Source: Vicugna vicugna
Taxonomy: Eukaryota
Assembly: GCA_013265495.1 (NCBI GenBank)
Contig: MU058221.1
Coordinates: forward strand, 5,750,066 to 5,814,065
Length of the DNA stretch: 64,000 nt
Direction of reading: 5' to 3'
Below, in pieces: positions 52,746 through 64,000 of the stretch; position 1 is the first letter of the stretch; each line of letters begins with the position of its first letter. The notes under the pieces were generated by a model. It was given only the letters and a program-made list of their open reading frames with translations. It was not told the origin of the DNA and did no database searches. Made by a program: the position numbers and the translations under genes.

Positions 52746-55063
52746 AACAGATTTTTTTCCCCACAACTGAAGCAAACTAGTTTTTAAATTACCTAATTCA
52801 AATCTTCATGATAATACTAATTAAGCTCAATCTCCATTTTATTAACAACTTAAATCTGATAAATTCTACCTTATGTTTATATGTGGTGAAGTATGTCTAG
52901 AATCAGAAGCATTGAGGCATGAACTGGAGCAATATTTACACAGAAATTGGCAACGAGCTGAAAGAACAATTTCACACAATCACCAGGAAATATTTCTTTC
53001 CCCAATGTTAACAACAGTCAGAAAAATAGTTAAAGAACATGTTTTCTGAACTTGGTATTGAAGTCTCAGCTTAATGTTACTTTGGGAGGCCTTCCTTGAC
53101 CCCTAAGATAGGTTAAACCCCCTTGTAGAATAACTACACACTACCCTGTACCTCCTCTCTTTTGTAAACATTACATTAACTGTATTAAACTAATATAATT
53201 ATATATAACTAATATACTAATGATATTAATGTGTATACACATTATAGATTGTACTCTCGAGAAGGTCAAAGACTTTTTCTTATTCACCAAGCCCTTGCAC
53301 AACGTCCGGCACAAAGCAGATGCTAAATAATTATCTGCTGAATTTAACTGGATGGAATATGTGTCGTGAAGAAGGGGTATAAATTTCAACTATCAAAAAC
53401 AAAAACACTTACCGAAAATATACAGAAACTTTCTATACATGTTTTTAAATGTCAAAGAGAAAAAGGTTCATAAAACCAGTCAAAATATTTTTTTAATGTA
53501 CCAAACCAAAAGGGATTTTGTGAAAGAAAAACTTACCTAAGGAAAATAGGAATAACTAAAATTATCCAGCAATGTTCCAGATCTTGGGGTTTTCAACCTG
53601 ACTGAACACAGAAGTCACTTGGGACACTTGAACAATACCAATTTAATTGGGCTGGTACTAGAGCCCAAATGATAGGTAGTACCTCAAATCTCTCCAGGCG
53701 ATTGTAATGGTCTGCTGGGGTAAAATGCAGTCCAGTACAAAGAGCGCAAGAAAACAACGCAAACATGAAATCATAAATGTAAAGATCACTACAATCAACA
53801 ATAGGAAATTGAAAACCTTTGGGAAAAAGAAAATTTAACAAATCTTTATTTAATACCAGCAGGGTTTTAGTAATAAGTGAAATGCATTTACAATTGATAG
53901 GTTAAACCAAATAAATGTAATAAATGAAAAGCATTTACAATGAATAGGTTAAACCAAACATAAACAAGAGTACAATATAAAGAAAAATCAAATTGTAAAT
54001 TAGGCAGTATGCTGTGAAAACTCTAAGGAATCTAGAGTCAAGTTCATTTACAGAATCTACTACATGCCAAGCAAACTAGGCACAGGAAAGTAAAAAAAGG
54101 TCTTTTCCATAAATAGTGTGGAGACAAATGGTAAACCAAACGGAAAAACAAAACAATTGAATCTCTGTTCCCATCCTTCACTGAAACTAATTAAGTGGAT
54201 TGAAGACTTAAATATAGAATGCAAAACTGTTACTTTAAGAAGATAATAAAGGAGAAAACCTTTATGATTTCAGATTAGGAAAGGGTTTCTTAAACAAGAC
54301 ACAAAAATCTACAACAATAAAGGAAAAGAATGATATTCTTAACTACATTGAAATTAAGAATTTTTATGTATCATAAAACACCATTTAAAGGAAGGAAAAA
54401 GGTCACACATTTGGAGAAGATATTTGTAATCATATAAATGGTAACAAAGAAAAACCATTTAAAAGACTTGGTATCCAAAATATATAAGACTTCCTATAAA
54501 TCAATGTCTTTTATTTCTTTTTTTTAATTCTAATCTTTGTATATGAAATCCACAGGACAAACTTGTCTCAGATGATGTTATCTCCTTCCAGAGAAAGATT
54601 AATTTCCTTCTGGCAAACATCTAGTCTAAGAACCCTGGCAACTGGTTCTTAATTAAGCTTAATGAATCCAATTAGAGACAGGGATGATCTGAAACTGGAC
54701 CTGTCTTTGTAAAAGCCAGTTTATTCCCAGCTCACTGTCACTGGTAAGGTGTATCCTTTCAGAGTCCCAACCCAAAGCCCTGGGGATGTACTTAATCTTG
54801 GTCCCTTATTCTTGATGTGGCCTAAACTCCAATTTTTGAACCCTTCTAACCACAGAGCCTGTCAAAAGCTCTCCTCAAATTCTCAGTTTCTCAACCAGTG
54901 CTTGAGGAATTATAGGATTGCTTTAGAGGGGAAAAGTCATCCCAAATAATTGGGCTCATGTAGTTGAGCTTCCCTCTTCTCTTGGATCTTGCTTTTACAG
55001 TTCTTCATGGTCTTGGTAGCTTTCAGTGATTTCAAATAGTTACACTTTTTATCTAGCTCTTCT

Positions 55064-55205
55064 TAAAAAAAATTTTTAATGGGGGGAGGTGATGTTAGGT
55101 TTATTTATTTGTTTTATTTTTTTAAACAGAGGAACTGGGAATTAAACCCAGGACCCCGTGCATGCTAGGCATGCACTTTACCCTAAGCTCTACCTTTCCG
55201 CCCAC
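55064..55205 (-). mobile_element. tRNA-derived SINE (Vic-1-like), more diverged copy
   Basis: Homologous to 48357-48476; 15-bp TSD TTATCTAGCTCTTCT at 55049-55063 and 55206-55220. Confidence 0.87.
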
Positions 55206-55452
55206 TTATCTAGCTCTTCTAGTTATTTCCAGCTGGAGGGTTGGCTCAAAACAACCTAATCTCTAATCACCCTCACAATTTTTTAAAGAATGTATTTCTT
55301 CTAATTAAAAGGCCTAGAAGCAAAAACACTAAGTAGTAATAAGCACTATGCAGACCTAAATTTTGGTTCCTAAATACCTCCCCCAATAAAAAACCTAGTG
55401 CTCCTTGGAGAAATAGCTGATCCCAGGTCTCAGGCTAGGGTGCACAAATTGC

Positions 55453-55818
55453 TGCTACAGACAGAACGTTTGTGTTCCCCCAGAACTCTTATGTTGAAAC
55501 CTAATCCCCGACGTGACAGTATTTGGAAGTGGGGCCTTCGGGAAGTGATGAGGTCACGAGGGCAGAGCCCTCATGAATGGGTTTGATGTCCCTACAAAAG
55601 AGACGCCAGAAAGCATGATCCCCCACTTCTGCCATGTGAGGGCACAGTGAAAAGACGGCCATCTATGAACTAGGAATCGGGTCCTCATCAGATACTGAAT
55701 CTGCAGGTGCCCTGATTTTGGACTTCCCAGCCTCCAGGACTGTGAGAAATAAATTTCTGCTGTATATAAGCCACTAGTGTATGGTATTTTATTATAGCAG
55801 CCCAAGTAGACTTAAACA
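55453..55818 (+). mobile_element. MLT1A-type MaLR solo LTR
   Basis: TG...CA ends, AATAAA, typical MLT1 3' end ttatagcagccc...taaaca. Confidence 0.85.
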
Positions 55819-57751
55819 GGTATACAGTGAAAAGTAAGTTCTCCTCCCACTTTTGGTCCTCTGCTATCTAGCTCTTCTCCCTGAAGATAAACCAGGTAAA
55901 CTAGGATTGTGTGTAGCCTTCAAGATTTAAAACACACATAAAACCGGAAATCAGCCCAAAGCAACAAATGTTAAGTGAACTTAGGTCAAAAATTGCCTAT
56001 TGTGGTCACTATCAGATGGCCATACACAAGACGGTCAGTTAGTGTACACTTCAAATGTGCAAGCATTTTCTCTCACCATCTCTTCTCCTAATCAAGCAAA
56101 TATTTGATAGGCACCTTACTGTTACTGAGAGTTCCACACTGTGCTGGCTCAGTGGGTGATAAAGAAAAACATGATTCTTGTGCTCAAGAAGCTTACAATT
56201 TTGCTTAGGAGACAAAGTAGAAAAGAAAAATATTCTCCCCAGATAACCCTTTTCCTAATATTTTACCTGATCTCCTAAATTCTAACACTGCACTCTGTGG
56301 AGTCTTCCTCTCTACCACCACCATTCCATCAAACCTGCTCCTTTCCTGAATTCTCTCAATTTCAGTTCATGATACCAACACTGAGGGGACGACAGATTTG
56401 GCTGGGGGTGATGTTAAACAGAAAAACTAAGAATCTCTTTTGCACTCTTGCCTCACATCTAGAAGATCAGCAAATGCTGACTATACATCCTAAATATTTC
56501 TAAAACTCATTCTATCCTCTCTATCCCCACTCTTAGTTGAGACCTGCATCGTCTATCACCTGGACCACTAACTGGCCTCCATACCTAGGTCTCTTCCCTC
56601 CAAACTGCTATTCTGAATGCTCCCCATCCTTAGTAGGCATGACACACAGGCCTCTGTCAATCTGCCCTCTACTTACCTCTCCAATTTTACATCTTACCAC
56701 TGCCGCCATCCTCCTGCATCCCACTCAGATTCAACAGTATTTCATCTTTCAACCACTCTGAACTTCTTCTGGTTCCTCTAACCTATGCTCCACAGTTCTA
56801 TACCTCACATTTGCAGTTTACTTTGTTCGAAACGCCTCTCCTTTCCCAGTCCTATACCAGCCTATCCACCTGGCCAATGCCTCTTATGACAAGACCCAGA
56901 GAGCCTCTCTGAACAGATCCTCTTCCCATTCTGAGCAGTTAACTACTCCCCCACTGTGACATCACAGATCTTATACATACTTGTATTACTGTTCTTATTT
57001 ACCCTAAAGTAAAAGCATTTGTTCACATGTCAGTGTCCCCCAAACCTTGGTATTCTTTGAAGTTGTCATCCAGTGTCTGTTTTTGCAAACCTGATGTCCA
57101 ACAAAATGGACACTAAAATATATCAATGCAAGTTTGTTGCATGAGCTAAGGGAATGAAGCTTTTTCTCCATCTCCCCTTCTCATTTTCTTTCCTCTTCTG
57201 ATAGCATCCCACAACCATGAGTTATGACCCAGTCTAAGGACATAACTTAGTTCTATGATTTAAGAATTCTGATGCTATAAAAGGTGACTTCATTCTCCAC
57301 CCAAAGACTAAATCAGTGAAGTCCCTAAGTAAGGACAGCACGATTTTCCAGCAGAACCTCAAGTTCAAGAGAAGAATCTCTTTTCAGCAAAATCTCATGT
57401 CTTCTTGATTTCTATCCCAAGATAGTCTCAGCTCCCTAAGTGGATGACAAGGTTTCTCATCCTCAGTAGGCCCAATCTAGTCTTAATTTGGACACTTTCA
57501 GAACAAGTTTCACCACTAAGATGTCTCTATCAAAGTGCCTGAGGGGCAAAGACTTTGGACTATAAAGCCCCTTATACAGCTAATGTTTCCTTGGAGTACC
57601 CCTTGAAACACTGCCCCCCTTAGGACCACTGGACTTCAAACCTCACTTAATCTCATTCTGATACTAATTCATTACTCAATCATTTATTTAGCACCTACTC
57701 TGTGCTGCATACTACACCAAAGCTCTGAGCACACCACCCATTTGACATACC

Positions 57752-57788
57752 TATCTATCTATCTATCTATCTATCCATCCATCCATCC
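57752..57788. repeat. (CTAT)n(CCAT)n compound tetranucleotide microsatellite
   Basis: ctatctatctat...ccatccatcc. Confidence 0.9.
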
Positions 57789-58479
57789 TGCTTCATGTTA
57801 CTTGTCATCATGGCCTAAATGACAACTATGTAATATCCCTCTGGCAGGCATATTTAAAAATCTCATGCACCAACTCTGTGATTTTTCAGTGTTAATTCTC
57901 TTTCCCAGGTAGTATACCCTACTGGGAGCGTATATGGACATTGAGCTCTTAGCAATTACATGTATAGTTCAAAAACAGTCTAAGCACAGTGCAACTAATA
58001 CACAGACTAGAGATCACTTTAAATAGTAATGCAACTGTTTTCCCTGAATCTTCTCATTGCATGAATGGCAAAACTGAGGCCAAACATTGAAGGTAATAAT
58101 CTTTCCCTAACATCAAAAATATACTTGTATTTTTAATAACAAGCATCTCAGAATACACACATGCTACAAAATGTGCACCTATATAATGCTCTACGGTTTG
58201 CAAAGTAATGTCACACTCTTACGTCATTTCAGCTCCCCACTTTTTACTTTACAAGGGCATAAAATTGAGTAAATTGTCTAAAGGAACTAATATTTATTGA
58301 GTACCTGCTGTTCTTCAACCATCAACATCAACACATACACTATGTGCCAGTAACTTCATGATACATGACATTGGTTTTAAAAATATGCCTGCCAGAACTG
58401 AACAGGTGAGATCACTCATTAAATGAAAGATTTTAGGGATTTTTTCCCATTATGTGTAAGTTTGTATCGGGTGCTGTAA

Positions 58480-58625
58480 CGGTTCTGAAACTTAAATGTG
58501 CATACTAATCACTGCAGATCTTGTCAGAATTCAAATTATGATTCAACAGGCCTTGAGTAGGGCCCAAGATTTCTAACATGCTCCCAGGTAATGCTGATGC
58601 TGTTGGTCTGCACTTTGTAAGCAAG
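58480..58625. mobile_element. MER5A-like hAT MITE
   Basis: Characteristic ...tttctaacatgctcccaggtaatgctgatgctgttggt... Confidence 0.7.
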
Positions 58626-58649
58626 TTATAGAACAGATGAAGAACTTAC

Positions 58650-58830
58650 CCTAACTAGCACTACTGGCTAAAACTTAGCATCCTTTCATCTTCAATGACT
58701 CTGAAGCGATACTATTGTTATTCCTACTTGACATACAAGGCGAAGGGACAGAGAAATGAACTTCCCCTAGGTCACAAAGCTGATACGTGGAGAACCAGGA
58801 TTCAAACTGAGGCAGACTGACTCTGCAGGG
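58650..58830 (-). mobile_element. MIR SINE
   Basis: aggtcacaaagctgatacgtggagaaccaggattcaaac...gactc. Confidence 0.7.
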
Positions 58831-58839
58831 TGCTCTTAT

Positions 58840-59840
58840 CCGCTCCACGTCATCCGGAGGTGATCTCAGTTAACAGAGATTCAGAATTCTAGGCCCGATC
58901 CAGAGCTCCCATCTTCGGTACCACTGTTCCGAGACGGGTCTCTGACCTAACTGTGTGTCCGGTGTCAACATGAAGTTGCAGGGCAGGGGAAAGAGGAACC
59001 CGAGCCTCCCTGTCAACACGGCGCGGTGGGTGGGGACGGGGCGGCAGGTGCGCGGACCTCCCCGCCGCGGGGACGGGGTCCTCCAGGCACCGAGCTCGGG
59101 GCAGGGGCAGGGGCAGGGGCAGGTCCGCCCGCGGTCGGGGGCCGGCCGAGGGGCGGGGCCTGCGGCAGGAAAGGCTCCGGGCGGCACGTACCAACGCGCG
59201 CGGGGGAGGGGGCTTCCAAGGGGGCCGGGACGCCGCTGCTGCCTGGGCGCCCCGTGCCGCGGCTGAGGGACTGTTGGCCCAGCCCTCGCCTCCCTCGCGG
59301 GGAGCTGAGGGGCCGGGGCTCTCTTCCGCCACGGCCGTCTCCGCAGAGACTTCCTCCGGCCCCTCGGTCGAGTGGGAGGCCCCGGAAATGGGGGCCGAGC
59401 GGTACCTGGCCGGCCGCGGGGGAAAGTGTCCAGCCGCTCACCAACTCCACTGCGCCCCACGGGAGTCCACCCACTCCGGTGCCGCCGCCGTAGCCCTTAC
59501 CAGCTCTTTGGGCGGCTTCTCCTGGGTTTTTCCAAACAGCCCCATGGCGAACTGAACTCGCCTTACCCCTTCCGGCTTGCCGTTCCCTGCGCCCAGGCAG
59601 GTCACGGGCAGCCGCCAGGGCGGGGCCGCGGGCCGGAGAGGAGTCCCGACGCCGGAGCGGGGAGCGGCCGCAGGCAGCCCGGTGCGCGTGCGCCGCGCTC
59701 ATGCGCAGACGGGCCGGCGGAGGTCTGTCGGAAAGACTGACGCAATGGCGCGCTGTCCGGGAGGGGGGTTCTGGGCCCGGCCGCGAGTCAGGTGTGTTTT
59801 CCTGAGGCGACTCATCTGAAAGAGGCGGATTTATTGGGCT
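58840..59840. promoter_or_regulatory. CHMP3 CpG-island promoter with GC boxes, NRF1-like motifs (59683-59707), a CRE/CEBP hybrid TGACGCAAT (59738-59746) and CCAAT (59833-59837, -)
   Basis: Very high GC and CpG density spanning exon 1; motifs read directly from the sequence, binding not shown. Confidence 0.85.
59501..59545 (-). CDS. CHMP3: CHMP3 exon 1 CDS: MGLFGKTQEKPPKEL
   Basis: Kozak context GCCATGG; donor CTG|gtaagg; lies in a CpG island. Confidence 0.97.
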
Positions 59841-60059
59841 ACACTTGGTGACTACAGCTGTTTCTGCTCACTTAAACCGGAATTCTGTATCTCCACCCAG
59901 ACAAGGTACTTTTACGACCACTTTCGCAGCAGCTTCACCCTTCTGCCCCGTGGGCACCTCGCATACAGCAGGTCTGGGTTGACCTTCCTCTCACAGACCT
60001 GCTCCTCCCCTCTGTTGTCACCACCATCACCTAGTCACAAAAACGTGTTAGTTAGCACG

Positions 60060-60600
60060 TTCTTTAAATGCTAAACATCTGTCTCATGCCATCCCACTGC
60101 TAGCTGACTTGCAAGAGGAGCAAAAGCATCCATATGTCCTTGCAAAGACTGGTACAGGCAAACTTGTCTGTAATTGTCCAGAACTGGAAATAATCCAAAT
60201 GTCCATCAACAAGTGAATGGATAAACCAATTGCGGTAGACCCGTACAACTGAATACTACTTGGCAGTAAGAAAGAACACAGTGTTGATACACGCAACTAC
60301 ATAGATGGATCTCAAAATAATTATGCTAAGTGAAAGAAGCCAGGAAAAAAAAAAGTACATTCTGTATGATTTCATTTATGTAACATTCTAGAAAACGCAA
60401 ACTATCTATAGTGACAGAAAGGAGCTCAGTGGTTGCTAGGTGACGGGTTGGTACCAAAAGAGAGATAACGAAGAGATATAAGGAAGATGTGGGGGTGACA
60501 GGTATGATTGTGGTGATGGTTTCGCAAATAAATACAATGTCAAAAAATTAGGCACCTTATATATGCACACTTCATGTCAACATACTTCAGTAAAGTGCTT
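60060..60600 (+). mobile_element. L1MC/ME-type 3' end upstream of the CHMP3 promoter
   Basis: aaatgtccatcaacaagtgaatggataaac...ctaagtgaaagaagccag. Confidence 0.8.
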
Positions 60601-61591
60601 TTTAAAAGTAGCAGTACATGTTCATTGTAAAAAGTAAAGCCTCCATTCTCACTTCCTCACGTGAAAAGGTCTCAAAATATTTATGATTATAATACTAAAT
60701 ACTTGATGTGAATTCTTTGAGAGCTTTCCTTTGGAGAATATTTCTTTATATATTTTTTCTTAAGTGGAATCATAATGTTTTGCAATCTTCTTTTTTAAAA
60801 AATTTGCATAGATTTTCACTGATGTTAACATCTATAGCTAAGGGATTCCAAAGCAGAAATGTGCTAACATTTATTTAACCATTTCCCCTATTGTATGACA
60901 TTAAGTGATTTACAAGTTTCCCTTTTGATAATACGTATAGACACAGTTTAAAATTTTAAAGTACTAGCAGTATTCTTCATACAGGCTGCACGACTTGAAC
61001 TACGAACAGTGTGTGAGAGCACCCTATTCCCTAAATTCTTGCTAACAATGAATATTATCAATCTTTTACATTTTTGCCAATGTAAGGGTATAAAATATTG
61101 TCTTTAATTTTCCTTTGATTACTAGTCTAGTTGAGCATCTTTCTGTACTTTTGTTGGCTATTTGAATTTCTTCTGTGAATTGCCTCTTCATATCCTTTGC
61201 CCATTTTCTACTGAATTGCCTTGCTTTTTTGCTTGCTTTTCTTTTTTTAATGTGATGGAGCTCTTTGAAAATGAGAGATCTGTGGAAATTTTTTTGTCTC
61301 CTTCTCCACATCCCTCTTCCCTTTTTTTTTTTTTTTTTGAGAATGAACTGTTAAGGCTGCAATTTTTCAGGTGGGAGGAACTAGACTTTCAATTAGTCAA
61401 CAATATTATCAAATGTCTACTATGTGCCAGGCTCTAGGAAAACTACAGTGAACAAAAGAGAACCTCATACAATCTGATAAGGACAGGTATTAAAAAATGT
61501 TGATAAATTGAGTGAATAACTAGAAATGTGTAAAGTACTGACTATAAAAAGAACATGGTAATCAGTGAATCTTGCATGAGCAGGTGATACA

Positions 61592-62052
61592 CAGGCATAT
61601 TTTGCTTTATTGCACTTTGCAGATACTGCGTTTTTCACAGATTGAAAGTGTATGGCAATCCTGCATCAAACAAGTCTATCAGCACCATTTTCCCGATGAC
61701 ATTTGGTCACTTTGTGTCCCTGTGTCCCATTTTTGTAATATTCCAAACTTTTTAGTGTTATTATATTTGTTGTGATCTGTGATCAGTAATCGTTGATGTT
61801 ACTATTGCAAAAAAAATTACAACTCACTGAAGGCTCAGATGATGGTTAGCATTTTTTAACAATAAAGTATTTTTTGTATGTACATTATTTTTTAGACATA
61901 ATGCTATTGCACTTAATACACTATAGTATAGTGTAAACATAACTTTTATATGCATTGAGAAATTAAAAAATTCGTGAGACAAGCTTGAGTGTAATGTTTG
62001 CTTTACTGCGGTGCTCTGGAACCAAACCCATATTATCTCCGAGGTGTGCCTG
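61592..62052 (+). mobile_element. Second non-autonomous Tigger1 derivative
   Basis: caggcata...gtgtgcctg followed by TA; colinear with 27671-28116. Confidence 0.85.
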
Positions 62053-63164
62053 TATTAGCTGAGGCCTGAAGGATGAGCCAGCAGAGATACGAAGAGTTTC
62101 TAGTGGAAAATAAACAGCATGTGCCTAAGAGCCTTCCAGGTTACTGGGTGGAGGTTTTGGGCAACAGGCATTTCATTTCCTAAAGTTACACTTGTTCTAA
62201 AGTTGGTCATGAAAGACAGAGAGGCCCCACAGAACGTGGAGGAAGGTTTCACTTGGCATGGGGACCTCACTGAAACACAGAGCCCACAGAGCTGCTGACG
62301 GAGCCCTAAGAAGACAGTGCAGTTGCTGCTCAGTGACTGGAAGAGCCCTGTGCATCTTCCACATACATAGCCTCCATTCATGTCCTGATGTCGCCTAGAC
62401 GCTGGATAACACTGGCTGTGATTTGTCCTTCCTACATGGACCTCGGGAATCAGGCACCAGATCCTCCCCCTGCTGAGACTCGCATCTGAGAGGGTGGGAG
62501 GAACTAAGTGAGCAGGCGTTCTAGCTCTTCACTCCTGCCAAACACAGCAAGTGTTTAACAGGATCACACTCCCTTGCCATATGTTCACATAGACTTTTAT
62601 TCACACACCTTTTTAAAGGTTTTATGTACATTCTGATCCCTGAAAAACATTATAAATAGAAGCATAACCTTGACTTGAAAGGTGCCTCAGTGCCTAATGC
62701 TTTAAATATTTCCCTGAGTTGGAAGTGAAAAATACAAAAGGGCTGTTTTCCCTCCATCCCCCAGTCTGTCCTTGCTCGTTTTGGTAAAACTTCCTGTCGT
62801 CGGGAGCTTTCTGACTCACAGCTGCTCCCTGTTCACCAGGTAGATTGTTAAGTGAAATGCTCTGGGCAAGAAAGTCACAATCCAATTCCGGGTAGGAATT
62901 TTGACCAAAAAAAACACAACATACACGTTGTTTTATACAACAGATGGATTCTGAAAATGTTAGATATAAATTGGCCTTTGGGAAATTGAATTCCCTCCAA
63001 CACCTTATGTAATAATTTTGGAGTGGATTTATCTTAATTTCTGACTAACCTTCAGGTGTGAGAGGCTGCTAACAACAGTTTATGATTTGAAACAAGGCAA
63101 AGAAAGACGCTGAGTGACCTCCCGCCCATTTCCGACCTTCCTCCACTAACCTTACCCTGACTCT

Positions 63165-63580
63165 TGGATTAGATTCTTAGGGCTGCTGTAACAAAGTATG
63201 ACAAACTAGATGGTTTAAAACAACAAAAATTTATTCCCTCACAGTTTTGGAGACTAGAAATCCAAGATCAAGGTGTCAGCAGGAGGCCATGCGCCCTCTG
63301 AGACTCTGGGGAGAGTGGTTCCTTGCCCTTTGCTGGGTGCTGGTGATGGCCATTGGTCATTGGCTTTCCTTGGCTCATCACTGCATCACTCCGATCTCTG
63401 CCTCTGTTGTTCCGTGGTGTTTGTATTAGTCAGTTCGGGGTACCATAACAAAAATACCATAGACTGGGTGGCTTAAACAGAAATTTTTCACAATTCTGGA
63501 GACTGATAGTCTTAAGGTAAGTGCCAGCATGGTGAGAGCTCTCTTCCTGGCTTGGCCTTCTTGCTGTGTCCTTGTAGGTG
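63165..63580 (-). mobile_element. Two adjacent MLT1 LTR fragments
   Basis: Two MLT1 3'-end motifs (gggctgctgtaacaaa near 63180; gtaccataacaaaaatacc near 63440). Confidence 0.75.
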
Positions 63581-64000
63581 GACTGTTTACAGATTGTTGC
63601 AAATGTAGCACGTCTTTTGTTAGATGATGAGCGTGCCAGTTCACTCACAACAGGGACATCAACAATCTGAATTAAGGCAGAAGATTCAACAAAAGGGCCT
63701 TCACGTTTCCTTCAGACTCTCAGATTCTATTATTTTAGACAAGAAAACTGTAAGAACCACTCTTTTTCTTCATTAAAAAAGACCAAGTTGCTGTTACAGC
63801 AAAGCAATATGCATCAGCATTGGTCACAGCCCACCACGTTCAACACTAACAAATAATTTGCACAGTAGTGTTGTAAAAGCCCAAGGTACTGCTGGGTTTG
63901 GCACTTTAAGTGATCCCTTCTATCCAGGCCTCTGGCAACAAAGCTGGGAGTCAGCATGACGCATTTTGTTACAGAAACCTATTGTTTTAGCCACTTGGCT

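Larger units (their letters stand above)
34580..59690 (-). other. CHMP3: CHMP3 (VPS24) gene, complete; ESCRT-III subunit, 222 aa
   Basis: Six exons of 45+61+180+122+115+146 = 669 nt, all GT-AG; protein MGLFGKTQEKPPKEL...AMQSRLATLRS*. Transcript ends are approximate. Confidence 0.98.

Noticed and set aside
58870..59819. Several long overlapping ORFs (up to 229 aa) on both strands
   Set aside because: CpG-island artefacts with no recognisable domain; the 229-aa ORF runs through the CHMP3 exon 1 donor in another frame
59900..64000. Exons of RNF103 or of an RNF103-CHMP3 readthrough transcript
   Set aside because: Only repeats and unassigned non-coding sequence are visible; no RNF103-like peptide was found, and the gene should lie beyond the window

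Overview
Mammalian genomic DNA, most likely a camelid (camel, alpaca or llama), judged from two tRNA-derived SINEs resembling camelid Vic-1. Two convergent genes are present. On + are the last 15 coding exons of the H3K9 demethylase KDM3A (2107-20166; about 746 C-terminal codons in one continuous spliced frame, including one GC-AG intron). On - is the complete 6-exon ESCRT-III gene CHMP3/VPS24 (59545-34963; 669 nt = 222 aa + stop) with a CpG-island promoter. The remainder is intronic or intergenic and dense with repeats (L1, L2, MIR, MaLR LTRs, Tigger and hAT elements). I found no evidence of a novel multi-gene biological system. The most interesting observations are: a full-length RPS16 retrocopy with TSDs inserted into a hAT transposase remnant in CHMP3 intron 1; a candidate L1 3' transduction in CHMP3 intron 5; a 61-bp locally templated duplication in a KDM3A intron; a 2-kb Tigger4-like transposase remnant; and sharp local GC/CpG peaks suggestive of GC-biased gene conversion. 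Repeat subfamily names and comparisons with human sequences come from recall, not from database searches.
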